NCBI RefSeq assembly: GCF_020745735.1
Contig: NC_083409.1
Coordinates: forward strand, 13,639,259-13,703,258
Source of the DNA: Hemiscyllium ocellatum
Lineage: Eukaryota
Reading direction: 5' to 3'
DNA: 64,000 nucleotides
The notes below the pieces were generated by a model, which saw only the letters and a program-made list of their open reading frames with translations, searched no databases and was not told where the DNA came from. The translations under genes and the position numbers were made by a program. This document shows positions 48,661 through 61,800 of this stretch, one piece after another (position 1 is the stretch's first letter; every line of letters starts with the position of its first letter).

Positions 48661-50074
48661 CACAGAGACCCAAATGAAGTTCCAGGGACCCAGGTTCAAA
48701 TCCCACCGTGGCAGATGGGGGAATTTAAATTCAAGAACAAAAAAAAATCTGCAATTAAAAGTCCAATGATGACCATGAATCAATGTCGATTGTCAAAAAA
48801 ACCCATCTGGTTCACTAACGTCCTTTAGGGAAGGAACTGCCATCCTTCCCTGGTCTGGCCTACATGGGAATCCAATCCCACAGCAATGTGGATGACTGTT
48901 AACTGCCCTCTGGACAATTAGGGGTGGGTAATAAATGCTGTCCTGGTCAGTGATGTCCTCATCCCGTGAATGAATTAAAAAGAAAAATCTGACTATAAAT
49001 AATTGACATGATGATTAATTGTAATTATTCCTTTGTAATTAATGAGCAGCCTTTGTTCCTGACCCTTATTATCTCCTGATTTATTCTCTTTCCCACCATA
49101 AAGCTACTGTTAGGAAGCATGGAGACTATTCCCACCAGATCTTGGATCTCTTCCCTATTTGTGCTGCTTTCCAGAACACAAGCATCTTCCTGCTCCAGCC
49201 TCCATTCCTCACCCCCACACTGTTCTCCCTCTCTCCACTCCTGACCTCTCACACTGTTCTGCAGCCTCCGCTCCTCACCCAGACCTGTTTAAGACCAGGG
49301 GTCATAAGATTAAGGTGAAAGTATGTTTTGCCCCAGCTTGTGGTAGCTATGTGGAACATGCTGCCTGAGAGGGTGGCGCAGGCTAAAAATCTCACAACCT
49401 TTAAAATACATTTGGATGAGCATTTTAATTCCAGGAGACAGTAGGCTCCAGACAACTGCGGGTAAATGGGATTAGTGTAGTTTAGTGTGTGGTGGTTGGC
49501 ATAGACTTGGTGGGCCGAAGGGCCTATTTCTGGGCTGTATGACTGTCGAATCTGGTTCCCTGGCTCTGTGAGGCAGCAGTGCTGTGTCGCCCATATTGAG
49601 GGAGGCACACAACAAAATCAGCACAAGGGGCGATAAGAATGCAGCGCTTCCTGTTTTTGAAAGCCCCGCCACCACATCACCCAGTTAGCAAATTAAAACA
49701 AACGATGGGTTATAAGCACAGCTCCCTGCTGGGGTGGTGAAGGGGAGGCGTGGTCACTGGTCAGATAACAAAGACAGAGGAAGAGAGGGAGTGGACCCAA
49801 TTAAAATGGAAGGGGAATGGTGTGGGGGGTATCTGTGAATGGATACTTACCCATCTGACAGAGTGCCCTCCACCTGGCAATCTATTTTACGCAATGTAGA
49901 AACATAGAGGATAGGAGCAGGAGTAGGCAATCGGCCCCTCCAGCCTGCTCTGCCACTCAATATGATTGTGGCTGATCATGGAGCACATTACTGTAATCCC
50001 TCCTTACCCCGTATGCCTTGGTTCCTTAGCCTCAAGAGCTATTTCTACCTCCTTGAAAACATAAGGCTCTGTGA

Positions 50075-50362
50075 GCACTGCTGCCTCACAGCGCCTGAGA
50101 CCCGGGTTCAATTCCCGCCTCAGGCGACTGACTGTGTGGAGTTTGCACGTTCTCCCCGTGTCTGCGTGGGTTTCCACCGGGTGCTCCGGTTTCCTCCCAC
50201 AGTCCAAAGATGTGCGGGTCAGGTGAATTGGCCATGCTAAATTGCCCGTAGTGTTAGGTAAGGGGTAAATGTAGGGGTATGGGTGGGTTGCGCTTCGGCG
50301 GGTCGGTGTGGACTTGTTGGGCCGAAGGGCCTGTTTCCACACTGTAAGTAATCTAATCTAAT
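50075..50362 (+). mobile_element. Young HE1-type SINE (CpGs retained)
   Basis: Near-consensus, ends taatctaatctaat. Confidence 0.85.
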
Positions 50363-51224
50363 AATGTTTTGGCCTCAACCACTTTCTGTGACAGAGAATT
50401 CCACAGGCTCACCACTCTCTGGGTGAAAACATTTTTCCTCATCTCTGTCCTGTAGAGTTTATCTCTTAACCTTAAACTATGAGCCTGGTTCTGGACTTCC
50501 CCACCATTGGGAACATCCTTACTCCATTTGACTTGTCTCGTCCTGTTCCAATTTTACAGCTTTCTCCAAGGTTCCCTTCCTTCATTCTTCTAACCTCCAG
50601 TGAACACAATCCTCACCAACTCAACCTCTCCTTATACATCAGTCCTGCCATCACAGAAGTCAAATGGCATTCAGTCATTAATATTACTCAGCCCATTGTG
50701 GAATACTGTGGAAATTAAATCAGCTCAACTCAACTATTAGCAAGAGCAACCAAAAAGAGCTTTATTTTTTTTTAACCTTTGTATTGCAGGGGGACCACAT
50801 GTACTTGACAAAATGCCTTGTGCAAGGGGCCTGAGCATAATTCAGATATTCGCCTTATCCTGTTTCTTATCACACTCTCAAGGACAAAGACTGTGAAGAT
50901 TTGAGTTGTTTTTCTTTTCATTCCCTTGTTGTGGATAGACTGTTCTTATATTTTTCTCTTGTTAAATGTTTACAAAGTTCCTCAGGGAGAAGCTGTCCCT
51001 TGACTGCATCCTTCAGCAAAGTGTCAGAAAGTTTTAATTTTAGTCAAGTACTGTCTTTTAGATTTCAGAGTAAATGTTAATTTTGTTTATTTTCCATTAC
51101 ATGGAACACAGACTTTGTAGGTCAGGGCTAAAAGACAATCATTGCCGGTTCTAAAATTCAGGCTTCGGGTGCAGTAATCTCAATGGAATAATTGGATACA
51201 ATCTTACAACAGCAGAAAGTTGGG

Positions 51225-51415
51225 AGGTGTAGATGGAGGGAGCAGACAGCGGTGTAGACAGTGGGTGTAGATGGTGGGTGCAAACAGAGGGCCAAGACTG
51301 TGGCTGTGGATGCTGGGTGCAGACAGTGGGTACAGACGGTGGGAGCACTTAGTGTTGTAGACAGAAGGTCCAGACGGTAGTTTCAGGTGGTGGTGTAGAC
51401 AGTAGTGTAGACAAG
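51225..51415. repeat. Degenerate short (GG)GTGTAGACAGT-like repeat
   Basis: Repeated gtagac/gcagac/gtagat words at roughly 12-14 bp spacing. Confidence 0.55.
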
Positions 51416-52049
51416 AGCCAGATCTTGCGTGGTGACCACATGGGTGGCTGTGTGGAATCACATAGAGAGCAGCCAGTGAGCCTGACGCAATCAGGGACAC
51501 CCCCTGGTGCTGACGGTCATGCTGTTGCTGGCAAAGATCGCATTTCAACTGGAACTGCACTTCCTTCCTACACACTCCCCTCTTGTCCCCACATGCCTCA
51601 CTACAAGCCCTGGAGATGCCAGGCAGCACCCTGTGCTCTCGCTCAGTCTCCATTGACCGTGCCTCCATTAGCCTTGACCCTCCTCCCAAGCACTTATTTG
51701 GGCCTTCACTGAAGCTTGAGCCATTTCCTCTAACCCTTGATCATTGATTGCCATCTTGGAACTCTCTAACCTAGTCACCATTAACCTGCACTGCCCTCTC
51801 AGCATGGAGCATAGATTGATACAGCGCAGAAAAGGCCCTTTGGCCCATTGAGTCTGCACTGACATAACTACCACTACAGGCACTCTAATCCCAATTTCCT
51901 GCACTTATCCCAAATCTTTGCATGTTATGATATTTAAATATTGTAAGGTTTCCAGCCTCCACTACCTTCCCTGACAGAGGGCTGTGTGTTTATAATTCAT
52001 TTCACGTCAGGCTCACGGAGTTTAACATAAGCTCCAGTTCTTTATGTGC

Positions 52050-52385
52050 AGAATGGTAGCTCAGTGGTTTGCACTGCTGCCTCACAGCACCAGGGACCTG
52101 GGTTCGATTCCAGCCCGACGTGACTGTCTTTGTGGAGTTTGCACGCTCCCCCTGTGTTTGTGTGGGTTTCTTCCGTGTGCTCCAGTTCCCTCCCACAATC
52201 CAAAGATGAGCATGTTAGGTGAATTGGCCATTCTAAAATTGCCACAGTGATCAAGAATCTGTCAGTCAGGGGAGATGTTGAGTAAAAGGGTAGGGGAATG
52301 TGTCTCAGGGAGTCTGTCTTCAGAGGGTTGGTGTTGGCTTGTTGGGCCAAATGGCCTTTTTCCTCACTGTGACAGTCTGTGGAGT
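52050..52385 (+). mobile_element. HE1-type SINE
   Basis: Consensus match. Confidence 0.75.
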
Positions 52386-52589
52386 CTGTGACAGTCCATT
52401 CCAGATTCCCATCACCCAGAATGAACATCTTATTTCCCAAATCTCATTTATGATGTTCGTAATGAAACCATTCATTTTGTCTTGTCTCGTTTAGCTCTTG
52501 TGCTCCTTGTTCGATAAATGTCTTTTTCAATAAAATATAAGTTCCTTGATGGGCTGTTAACTTTGTCCAATCAGGGAGCCCTGGCTCAC

Positions 52590-52880
52590 AGATAAAAAGG
52601 GGAGTGTCAGAAGGACTGATACTCTGGGACCTGACTCTGAATAACAACCTGCCAACCCACCACCTCCTTCTGTCACCCTCAATCTCCCCATGCTTACTCT
52701 TGATGCCCCTTTGATCCAGCTTGTGCTGCCTTTGGGAGAGATTGGCCTTCCTTCCATTCCTAATGAAGAGCTTATGCCCAAAGCATTGATTATCCTGCTC
52801 CTTGGATGCTGCCTGACCTGCTCTGGTTTCCCAACAACACACCCTTGACTCTGATCTCCACCATCTGAAGTCTTCACTTT
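52590..52880 (+). mobile_element. Penelope-like 3' fragment
   Basis: Same terminal sequence (tgcccaaagcattgattatcctgctccttggatgctgcc). Confidence 0.6.
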
Positions 52881-53377
52881 CTCCTTCCCTCCAGCACCAG
52901 GAAAGTGGACATCATCCCAGAGGAGCATAGTCCCACTCGCTCATTACAGACAGAGATGACTGGTGGTGTGTTTAACCCGAGGGTCACAACAGCTGAGGCA
53001 GGAGGAGTGAAGGTGGCACCTTCATGGTGGTAGCACCCTTCATTAATCCACTGCAATCCCTCTTGGGGCTGCAAGAATTCAACCTCACTCACTGCTCTCC
53101 TCCCTGTAAGGTAATATTACTGCATCTAGTTTAGAGCTAATTGACCATTGAAATGCGACTATGGCTAGTCAGCATTGGCTGAGCAGACAGCCACTACTGC
53201 AATGATCCCAGCTCCAAAAAATCCCCTTGTAATTGGGGAGCACATTAGGGAGCACAGTGTGCACTGCCTCTGAAATCCCTCCCTTACTGAGAATACACTC
53301 TCAGTATTCACCTTTCTCAGCTGCCATCTCAATTTCACTGTAAATTCTGTGAACTATGATCCTGCCCCACTAGCTGC

Positions 53378-53402
53378 CTGATGAAGGAGCAGTGCTCTGA
53401 AA
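53378..53402 (+). ncRNA. Minimal hammerhead ribozyme core in a Penelope-derived repeat
   Basis: CTGATGA-A-GGAGC-AGT-GCTCT-GAAA. Confidence 0.55.
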
Positions 53403-54215
53403 GCTTGTACTTCCAAAGAAACCTGTTGGCCTATAACCTGGTGTTGTGTGATTTTAACCTTGGCCACCTCAATGAGCTGCCATCTCAGACTGAGTTGTTT
53501 TTCATCCGAAATTTGACAACATTAAAGCCTAATCTTCAATCCCCATCACAAAACCCATTCTCTCCCCATCACTCGGAGACAAATACCTCAGAGACAAATA
53601 TCTCAGAGACACCGACAGGCAGCACAGAGTAACATACTCACACTCATTGAGATACAAAGTTAAAAATCACACAACATCAGGTTATAGTCCCACAGGTTTA
53701 ATTAAAAGCACACTCGCTTTCGGAGCGCCACTTCATCAGGTGGTTGTGGAGGACACTCCCTTGATGAAGCAGCGTCAAAAGCTAGTGTGCTTCCAATTAA
53801 ACCTGTTGGACTATAAGTGTGATTTTTAACTTTGTACACCCCAGTCCAACACCAGCATCTCCAAATCATTGCACTGCCTACAGCCAATGCAGAATAACAC
53901 ACACACACACGTACAGGCAACACTGAGAGTCAGGCAACACTGAGTAACATGCTCACACTCCATGCTGCCTGTAGGTGTCTCTCTAAATAACACACCCACA
54001 CTCAGAGTGATACCTACAGCCAGCATTATGTAGTATACTCGCACTCAGAGGGACATGCAACCTGCAGTGTCAGTGATTGGCCTAAGATCACTTCAGGAAC
54101 AACCCAGCATGCAGCAAAGAGTGCAGAGTGCAATCCCAGCACCTGAGGCCTGGACCACAGAGTGAAGAGGGAGTTCCTAAGATTGTAATTATTGAGTCCT
54201 CACAACTTTCTGTTT

Positions 54216-55597
54216 CTAGGTTAAAAACAAGGTCCGCAGATGCTGGAAACCAGAGTCTAGATCAGAGTGGTGCTGGAAAAGCACAGCAGGTCAGGCTGCA
54301 TCCGAGAAGCAGGAAAATCAACATTTTGGGCAAAAGCCTTTCATCAGGAATAGAAGCAGGGTGCCTGCAGAGTGGAGAGATAAATGAGAGGGGGTTGGGG
54401 AGAAAGTAGCATAGAGTACAATAGGTGAATGGGTGCGGGGATGGAGGTGATAGGTCAGAGAGGAGGGTGGGGAAAGGTTGCAAAGAGTACAATAGGTGAA
54501 TGCAGGTGGTAGGTCAGAGAGGAGGGTGGAGTGGAAAGGTGGAAAGGAAGATAAGCAAGTAGGACAGGCCATGAGGATGGTGCTGAGGCTGGAAGGTTGG
54601 AGCTGGGGTGAGGTAGGGGAAGGGGAAATGAGGAAGCTGGTGAAATCCACATTGATTCCGTGGGATTGAAGTGTTCTGAGGCAGAAGATGAGGCGTTCTT
54701 CCTCCAGGCGTCGGGTGGTGAGGGAGCGGCTGTGGAGGAAGCCCAGGACCTGCCTGTCCTCGGCAGAGTGGGAGGGGGAGTTGAAATGTTGGGCCACAGA
54801 GCAGTGGGGAAGATTGGTGTGATTGTCCCTGAGATGTTCCCTAAAGCACTCTGCAAGGAGGCGTCCAGTCTCCCCAATATAGAGGAGACTGCATCGGGTG
54901 CAATGGATACAATAAATAATATTGGTGGATGTGCTGGTAACAATTTGATGGATGTGAAAGGCTCTTTTGGGGCCTTAGATGGAGATGAGGGAGGAGGTGT
55001 GGGCAGAGGTTTTGCAATTCATGCGGTGGCAGGGGAGGGTGCCAGGAAGGGAGGGTGGGTTGTCGGGGTATGTGGACCTGACCAGGTAGTCACGGAGGAA
55101 CGGTCTTTGCGGAAAGCAGGAATGGGTGGGGAGGGAAATATATCCCTGGTGGTGGAGTCCGTTTGGAGTTGGCGGAAATGTCGTCGGTTGATGTGGTTAA
55201 TGCGAAAGTTGGTAGGGTGGAAGGTGAGCACCAGGGGATTCTGTCCTTGTTACAGTTGGAGGGGTGGGGTTTGAGGGCAGAGGGGTGGGATGTGGACAAG
55301 ATGTGTTGGAGCACATCTTTGACCACGTGGGAATTAATTGCGATCTCTAAAGAAGGAGGCCATCTGGTGTGTTCTGTGGTGGAACTGGTCCTACTGGGAG
55401 CAAAATGGCAGAGGCGGAGGAATTGGGAATACGGGATGGCATTTTTACAAGAGGTAGGTTGGGAAGAGGTGGAATCCTCGGTGTCGGTGGGTTATGTAAA
55501 AAATGTCAGTGTCAAGTCGGTCATCATTAATGGAGATGGAGTGGTCCAGGAAGGGGAGGGTGGTGTCAGAGATGGTCCAGGTAGTCATTAATGGAAA
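54216..55597 (-). mobile_element. Penelope-like retroelement, 5'-truncated
   Basis: LTFHPTNFRINHINRRHFRQLQTDSTTRDIFPSPP and LEEERLIFCL on minus; tctgttt on both flanks. Confidence 0.8.
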
Positions 55598-55813
55598 TCT
55601 GTTTGGAATCTTGTAACCTCCAATGATTCCAGATCAAAGGGATCATTTGAAAGTGATTGATGATTGGCTGTCAGTATCCTCTACAATGGATGTGTCATTG
55701 ATTGACAGGCGAATAGCCAATTGTGACAATGCCATGCTGAAATGCAGCCAATCATCTGAATGGAGTAGCCAATCTTCAAAGCACACAGAGACAGAGACTG
55801 AATCTTCTTCATC

Positions 55814-55819
55814 TTTATT
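55814..55819 (-). terminator. polyA signal of C4
   Basis: AATAAA on minus 527 nt after the stop, same context as C1. Confidence 0.7.
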
Positions 55820-56345
55820 CCCCTTTCCAGATTGGCATTGACAGAAAACAGACTGCAATTAACAGCCCAGACAGAGGAAGCTGCTCAAATTCACAGCCAC
55901 AATGGAGCTTGAGGAAAACACTTGTGGAGGATTTCTCAATAACATGAGAATCCTGTAAATTCAAACAGTGACAAAACCTTAAATTGGAACTGGTGGCTGA
56001 GCAGGAAGGAGATCTGGTTTACTGAGGCAGAGAATTCTGAGGTTCACATTGTTTTGTACAGCTGACAGTCTTCAGCAACTTCAAAAGATTTTACTTGGCA
56101 TCACAAGTCAACTCTGTCCCCATCAAACTTTCCCAGAACAGGGACAGCATGGGGTTTGACACAGCATAAAGCTCTATCTACAGTGTCCCAATGAACCTGC
56201 CTTAACCCCTGAACCTCGGAAATGTCTCTAACCAGTCCTGAGAAGGAAGAGAGGTGAAATTCAGTGCTGACGATGACCTTTGTCCTGCCAGCTCAGCCCT
56301 GTTCTATTTAAAGTTGTGTCTCCTCTGTGGACTGTCTTGAACACC

Positions 56346-56674
56346 CTACACACATTCTGATCTCCTGATGCTCTTGCTGAGGTGAGAGGGGAGGGTCACG
56401 TGAGTGAGGGCACAGGAGAAGCGAGCGTCAGACTCCCAGTCAGACCCAGAGAGGGTCAGCAGGCTGCTGACACTGTAGGTGCTGTCCGAAGCTCGCAGGT
56501 AGTTACTGGTCTGAACCCCGTCCGAAATGACTGCACCATCCTTCTTCCACTGCACCTCCAGCTCATCGGGATAGAAGTGATTGGCAAGGCACACCAGGGT
56601 GACAGTGCCCTTGGCATTGACCTGCTCCGGGGAGGGGGGCAGCAGGGTCAGCTTGGGCTGAGAGTTCTCACGGC
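56346..56674 (-). CDS. IGKC: Ig kappa-type light-chain constant exon C4, intact
   Basis: Acceptor ttctcttgtctttcag|gc on minus. 329 bp, RENSQPKLTLLPPSPEQ...SKSIRRSECV*; about 10 nt differences from C1. Confidence 0.95.
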
Positions 56675-57254
56675 CTGAAAGACAAGAGAAACAATTTTAA
56701 TCCCTGTTATTCAAAGGGATTTTAACTCTCTGAACATTCACTGGCAAAATAATCCGTTTGAACATTTGTAACCAATACCTAACAAACCCCAGTAAAGAAC
56801 AGGCATTGTTCAAATTGCATCTTGGGATGTGAGTGTCACTGCTAGGATCAGCATTCATTGCCCATCCCTAATCACCCATAGGGCAGTTTAGAGTCAACCA
56901 CATCGCTGTGGGTCTGGAGTCACATGGTAAGGATGGCAGTTTCCTTCCCTAAAGGACATCAGGGAATCAGATGGCTTTTCCTGACAATCAACAATTGTTT
57001 CATGGTCATCATTCGACACTTAATTGCAGATTTTTTTATTGAATTCACATTCCACCATCTGCTGTGACAGGATTCTAACCCTGGCCCCCAGAACATTAAT
57101 CTGGATCTCTGGATGAACAGCTCAGCAATAGTACCATTAAATCATCACCTCCTTTATCTTATTTTTAGTTGCGAGTGAAAGCAAGAAGTTTGTTTCTGAG
57201 CAGGGTGATTAGAAAAAGCACAACTGAAAGACACCCAGTTCATCCCAAAAAAGA

Positions 57255-58020
57255 TTAGTTCCTTGAAAGTGGAGTTGCAGGTAGGTAGGGGGGTGACAAA
57301 GTCATTTGGTATGCTTTCCTTTATTGGGCAATGCATTGAGTATTGGAGTTGGGAGCTGTTGCACCTGTACAGGACATTAGTTTGGCCCCTTTTGGAATAC
57401 TGTGTGGAATTCTGGCCTCCCTGCTGTAGGAAAAATGTTGGTAACCTTAGAATGGTTCAGAAAAGATTTCCAAGGATGTTGCCAAGTTGGAGGGTTTGTG
57501 CGATCTGGTGAGGCTGAATAGGCTGAGGCTATTTTCCTTGGATCGCTGGAGGCAGAGGAGTGTCCATATAGAGGTTTCTAACATAATGAGGGGCATTGAT
57601 CAAGTGAAACAAGAAGATATTTTGGCCAGAGTGAAGGAGTCCAGAACTAGAGGGCATAGGTGGAAAGTATCAGGAGAATGATTTAAATGGGAACTAAGGC
57701 ATAACTTATTCCTGCCGAGGGTGGTACATTTTTGGAATGAGCTGCCAGAGGAAGTGGTGGATGCTGGTATGATAACATTTAAAAGGCATTTGGGTGAGTA
57801 TATCAGTAGGAAGGCTTTAGGAGGATATGGGCCAAATGCTGACAAATGGGACTAGATTAATTTAGGTTATCTGGTCGGCATTTCCAAGTTACACAGGTGG
57901 GTCTATTTCTGTGCTGTACATCTCTCTGATTCTATGACTCTATGTCTCTGTGGTTGACATGGATGAGTCAGATCGAAGAGTCTGTTTCTGTGCTGTACAT
58001 CTCTCTGACTCTAATTGTGT
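57255..58020 (+). mobile_element. CR1 3' fragment (paralog of 7995-8670)
   Basis: LYRTLVWPLLEYCVEFW; tail partly duplicated. Confidence 0.85.
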
Positions 58021-58559
58021 TTCAATCAAGCCCTCAGCACCTCAGGCTCTCTCAAAATATTTACATTTTGTTTCAAAACCAGTGAATTTTGCAATTTCAG
58101 GAAAGGGACAGCCAATTTCTACACAGCAAGATCCCACTGGAAGCAATAAGATCAAAGAGCATTCTTCATGATTTTGGTTCAAGGATAAATATTGTCCTGA
58201 ACTCAACCCAAAGAGAAAATAATTTGGTTCAGTTGGATGGAAAATGAGAAAATGGAAGGTAAAGGAGAAGGTAGGATTGCTGGTTAGTGATGGGATTGAT
58301 TGTTACCAAAAAATGAAAGGAAGGGACGGAATTTTTGAATATCAAAGGAACCATAAAAGTGCAGGGAAAATGAATAATAGATCAAACTTAAATACTTTGT
58401 GTCTAAATGCATGAAGCATTCCGAGTAAGGGAGACAAAGTGATGTCCCAAATCGAGGTAAATTGAGTTTCCAAGAAATTTAAACTAGTTAAAGTGGAGGA
58501 GGGCTCAGGCGAGGTTAGCAAAGATTCTAGAAGATGTAATAGGACTGAGAGCATGGAAG

Positions 58560-61500
58560 GGATCAGGAATCAAATGTCAAGCACAGCAGATAAGAGGAAC
58601 AATGATGAGAAGGAGGGCAGTCAATGCAGGACTGAGGGTGTTGTACTTAAATGCACAAGATATACACAATAAGCTTGTAGTGCGGATTGAAACTGGCAGG
58701 TACAATGTTGTGGGTATCACAGAGACATGGCTGTAAGGGGATCCGGGCTAGGAAGTAAATATCCAAGGATACATGTCCTATCAAAAGGACAGGCTGATGG
58801 GCAGAGGGACAAGAGTTGCCTTGTTAGTAAGAAATGACTTTAAATCAATACCAAGAAAGATACAGTCAGAAGGTGTAGAATCTGTGGGGGGAGAGTTGAG
58901 GAACCGTAAGAAATAAAGAATCTGATGCAAGTTATGTTCAGGTTTCCAAGCCGTAATCAGGGTGTGGGGAAGGAAATCAATCAGGAGACAGAAAAGTCTT
59001 AACAAAATGTCAGGGCAGACTTCAATGAAAAGGTGGACTGGGTAGCGCTTCTCAAAGAAAGGATTTCATGGAATGTCTATGAGATGGTTTTTGAAACAGC
59101 TTGTGGTTTGGAACAGGCAGTTTTGGATTCAGTGATGTGTAATGAGGCAAATTTGATGAGTGAGCTGAAGATGAAAGTGTCCCTCTGGATAAGTGACCAT
59201 AATACAATAGAATTCCCCCTGTAGTTTGAGAGGGAGAAGCTGTAATCAGGTGGAACAGTATTTCAATTGAGTAAAGGGAACGACAAAGGCGTGAGGAAGG
59301 AGCTGGCCAGAGTTGGTTGGAAGGGGAGCCGAGCAGGTAAGATGGTGTGGCAGCAAACAGCAGAGTTTCTGGGGGTAATTCAGGAAGTAGAGTAGGAATT
59401 CATCCCAAAAAAGAAGAAACACACCAAGGGGAGGACAATGTAACCATGGCTGATGAGGGAGGTCAAGGACAGCATAAAACCAAAAAAAAAAAAAATGTGG
59501 TGGAACATAGTGGGAAGCCAGAGGATTAGGAAGTCTTTAAAAACCTGTAGAGGATAACTAAAAACAAAACATTCAGGGTACCGAAGGTGAAATGTGGGGG
59601 AAAGCGAGCCAGTAATACAAAAGAAGATTGCAAGAGTTTCATCAGATATATAAAAACGAAGAGGGAGGCAGAAATAGACATTGGAAAAAGAATAATAGGA
59701 AATGAAGAAAAAGCAGAGGAATTGAATACATACATTACATCAGTCTGCACAATGGAAAACACCAGCAGTGTCCCAGTACTTCAAGACTGTCAGGGGACAG
59801 AGGTGAGAGCAGTGGCCATTACTAAGGAGGAGGTAGTGGGGAAGCTGAAATGTCTGAGTGTGGATAACTCACCCAGACTAGATGAATTACATCAGTGTTT
59901 TCTGAAGGAGATCACCGAGGAGATTGTGGGGACATTTTTGATGATCTTTCAGGAATCAATGGAGTCAGGGTGTGGAGGTATTTTCTAAATGAGGAAAGCC
60001 TTTGGAAATCTAAAGCACAAACCTCATTCAGGATTTTCTTAAGGTGAACAGGCAGGTGCAGTTTGTGCTTGGGAAGGTAAATGAAATATCAGCATTCGTT
60101 TCAATAGGGCCAGAATACAAAGGCAGAGATGTACTGCTGAGGCTGTGTAAGGCTCTGATCAGACTGAATTTGGAATATTGTGAACAGATTTGGTACCCAT
60201 ATTCTATGAACCGATGTGCTGGCATTGGAGGGGTTTTCAAGAATGATCCTGAGGATGGAGGGCTTGTCATATGAGGCATGGTTAAGGACTCTGGGTCTGT
60301 ACTCAATGGAGTTTAGAAGGATGAGGAGGGATCTTATTGAAATTTGCAGAATACAGATAGACCTGGATAGAGTGGATGTGGAGAAGATGTTTCCGAAAAC
60401 AGGAGAGACGAGGTAACCAAAGCGCAGCCTCAGATTGAAGGGCTGACCCTTTCAAGCTGAGATGAGGAGGAATTTCTTCAGCCGGAGGGTGGTGAATCTG
60501 TGGAACTCATTGTTACAGGGGGCAGTGGAGGCCAAGTCACTGAGTGTATTTAAGACAGAGATAGATAGGTTCGTGATTGTTAAGGGGATGGAAAGTTCCT
60601 GTGGAGTAGGCAGGAGCATGGGGGTGAGAAGCATATCTGCCAAGATCAAATGGCAGAGCAGATTCAATGGGCTGAATGGCTGATTTCAGCTCCTATTTCT
60701 TAAAGTCTTCTGGAGAGTTTCTCCAAAACCCTGGAACACTGAACCCCCTGAACACTGGACTCTGAGCCCTGATGTAGCTGTTTGTCATCGCAACTTTGCA
60801 AAGAGATAATCCAAGAGTGGAGAGAGCGTGCATCCATGTGGGAACTTCAGAATGTTTCCAGCTCCTGGAATACCATGAGTACAGGAAGTGAGGTCAGTGA
60901 CAGCAGTTGGAGCTCCGGGTTTCGGAGCTTGAGCAGCAGCTGGTGTCAGTGCGGAGCATCCGTGAGGCTGAGAGCTCCGTGGAGAGCACGTTTCTAGATG
61001 TGGTCACTCTGCAGTTTCAGAGTATGCAGGGAGAGAGGGAATGGGGGAGCAGCAGACAGTCCAAAAGGACCAGGCAGCTAGTATAGGAGTCCCCAGACAT
61101 CCTACTCTCCAACCAGGATTCAGTTCAGAATCCTGATGAGAATGATGGTTCATCTGGGGAGTGCAGCCAGAGCCAGGTCCATGGCACCACGGGGGGCTCA
61201 GCTGTACAGGGGGGCACAAGGAAGACTGGAAGAGTGATAGTGAGAGGAGATTCGAGATTGAAGGCAGTCGATAGGTGTTTCTGCAGCTGCAGATGGGAAT
61301 CCAGGATGGTGTGTTGTCTCCCTGGTGCCAGGGTCAAGGATATCACTGAGCGGCTGCAGAGCACCCTGAGGGGAGAGGGGGAACAGGCAGCAGTCGTGGT
61401 CCACATCAGTCCCAGTGACAGAGGGAGAAAAGGGATGTGGTCCTGCAGTCAGAAGTTTTGGAGCTTCCTACTTTTAAGTAATGTGGAGCTTCCTACTTTT

Positions 61501-61800
61501 AAGTTCCTGCTGCTAATTAGTAGAAGGAACTCAAAAGTAGGAATCTCCAGATTACTCCCAGTGCCCCACGCAAGTGAAGAAGGGCTCAGACCCGAAAAGT
61601 CGACTCTCCTGCTCCTTGGATGCTGCCTGACCTGCTGCGCTTTTCCAGCAACACATTTGCAGCACCCCACACAAGTGAGAATAGAATCAGGAGGTGAACA
61701 CAGGTGATTGCTGGGTTGGAAAGAGGATCCATGAGGGAGGGCTTTAGATTTTTGTGAGGTGGTTTACTACTGGTAGAGAGGGTTTAAACTAACTTGGCAG
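58560..61800 (+). mobile_element. CR1 ORF2 followed by ORF1 fragment (paralog of 3480-7500)
   Basis: Colinear inverted match to the left arm. Confidence 0.85.

Noticed and set aside
54660-55274. 204-aa plus-strand ORF
   Set aside because: Antisense shadow of the Penelope element.
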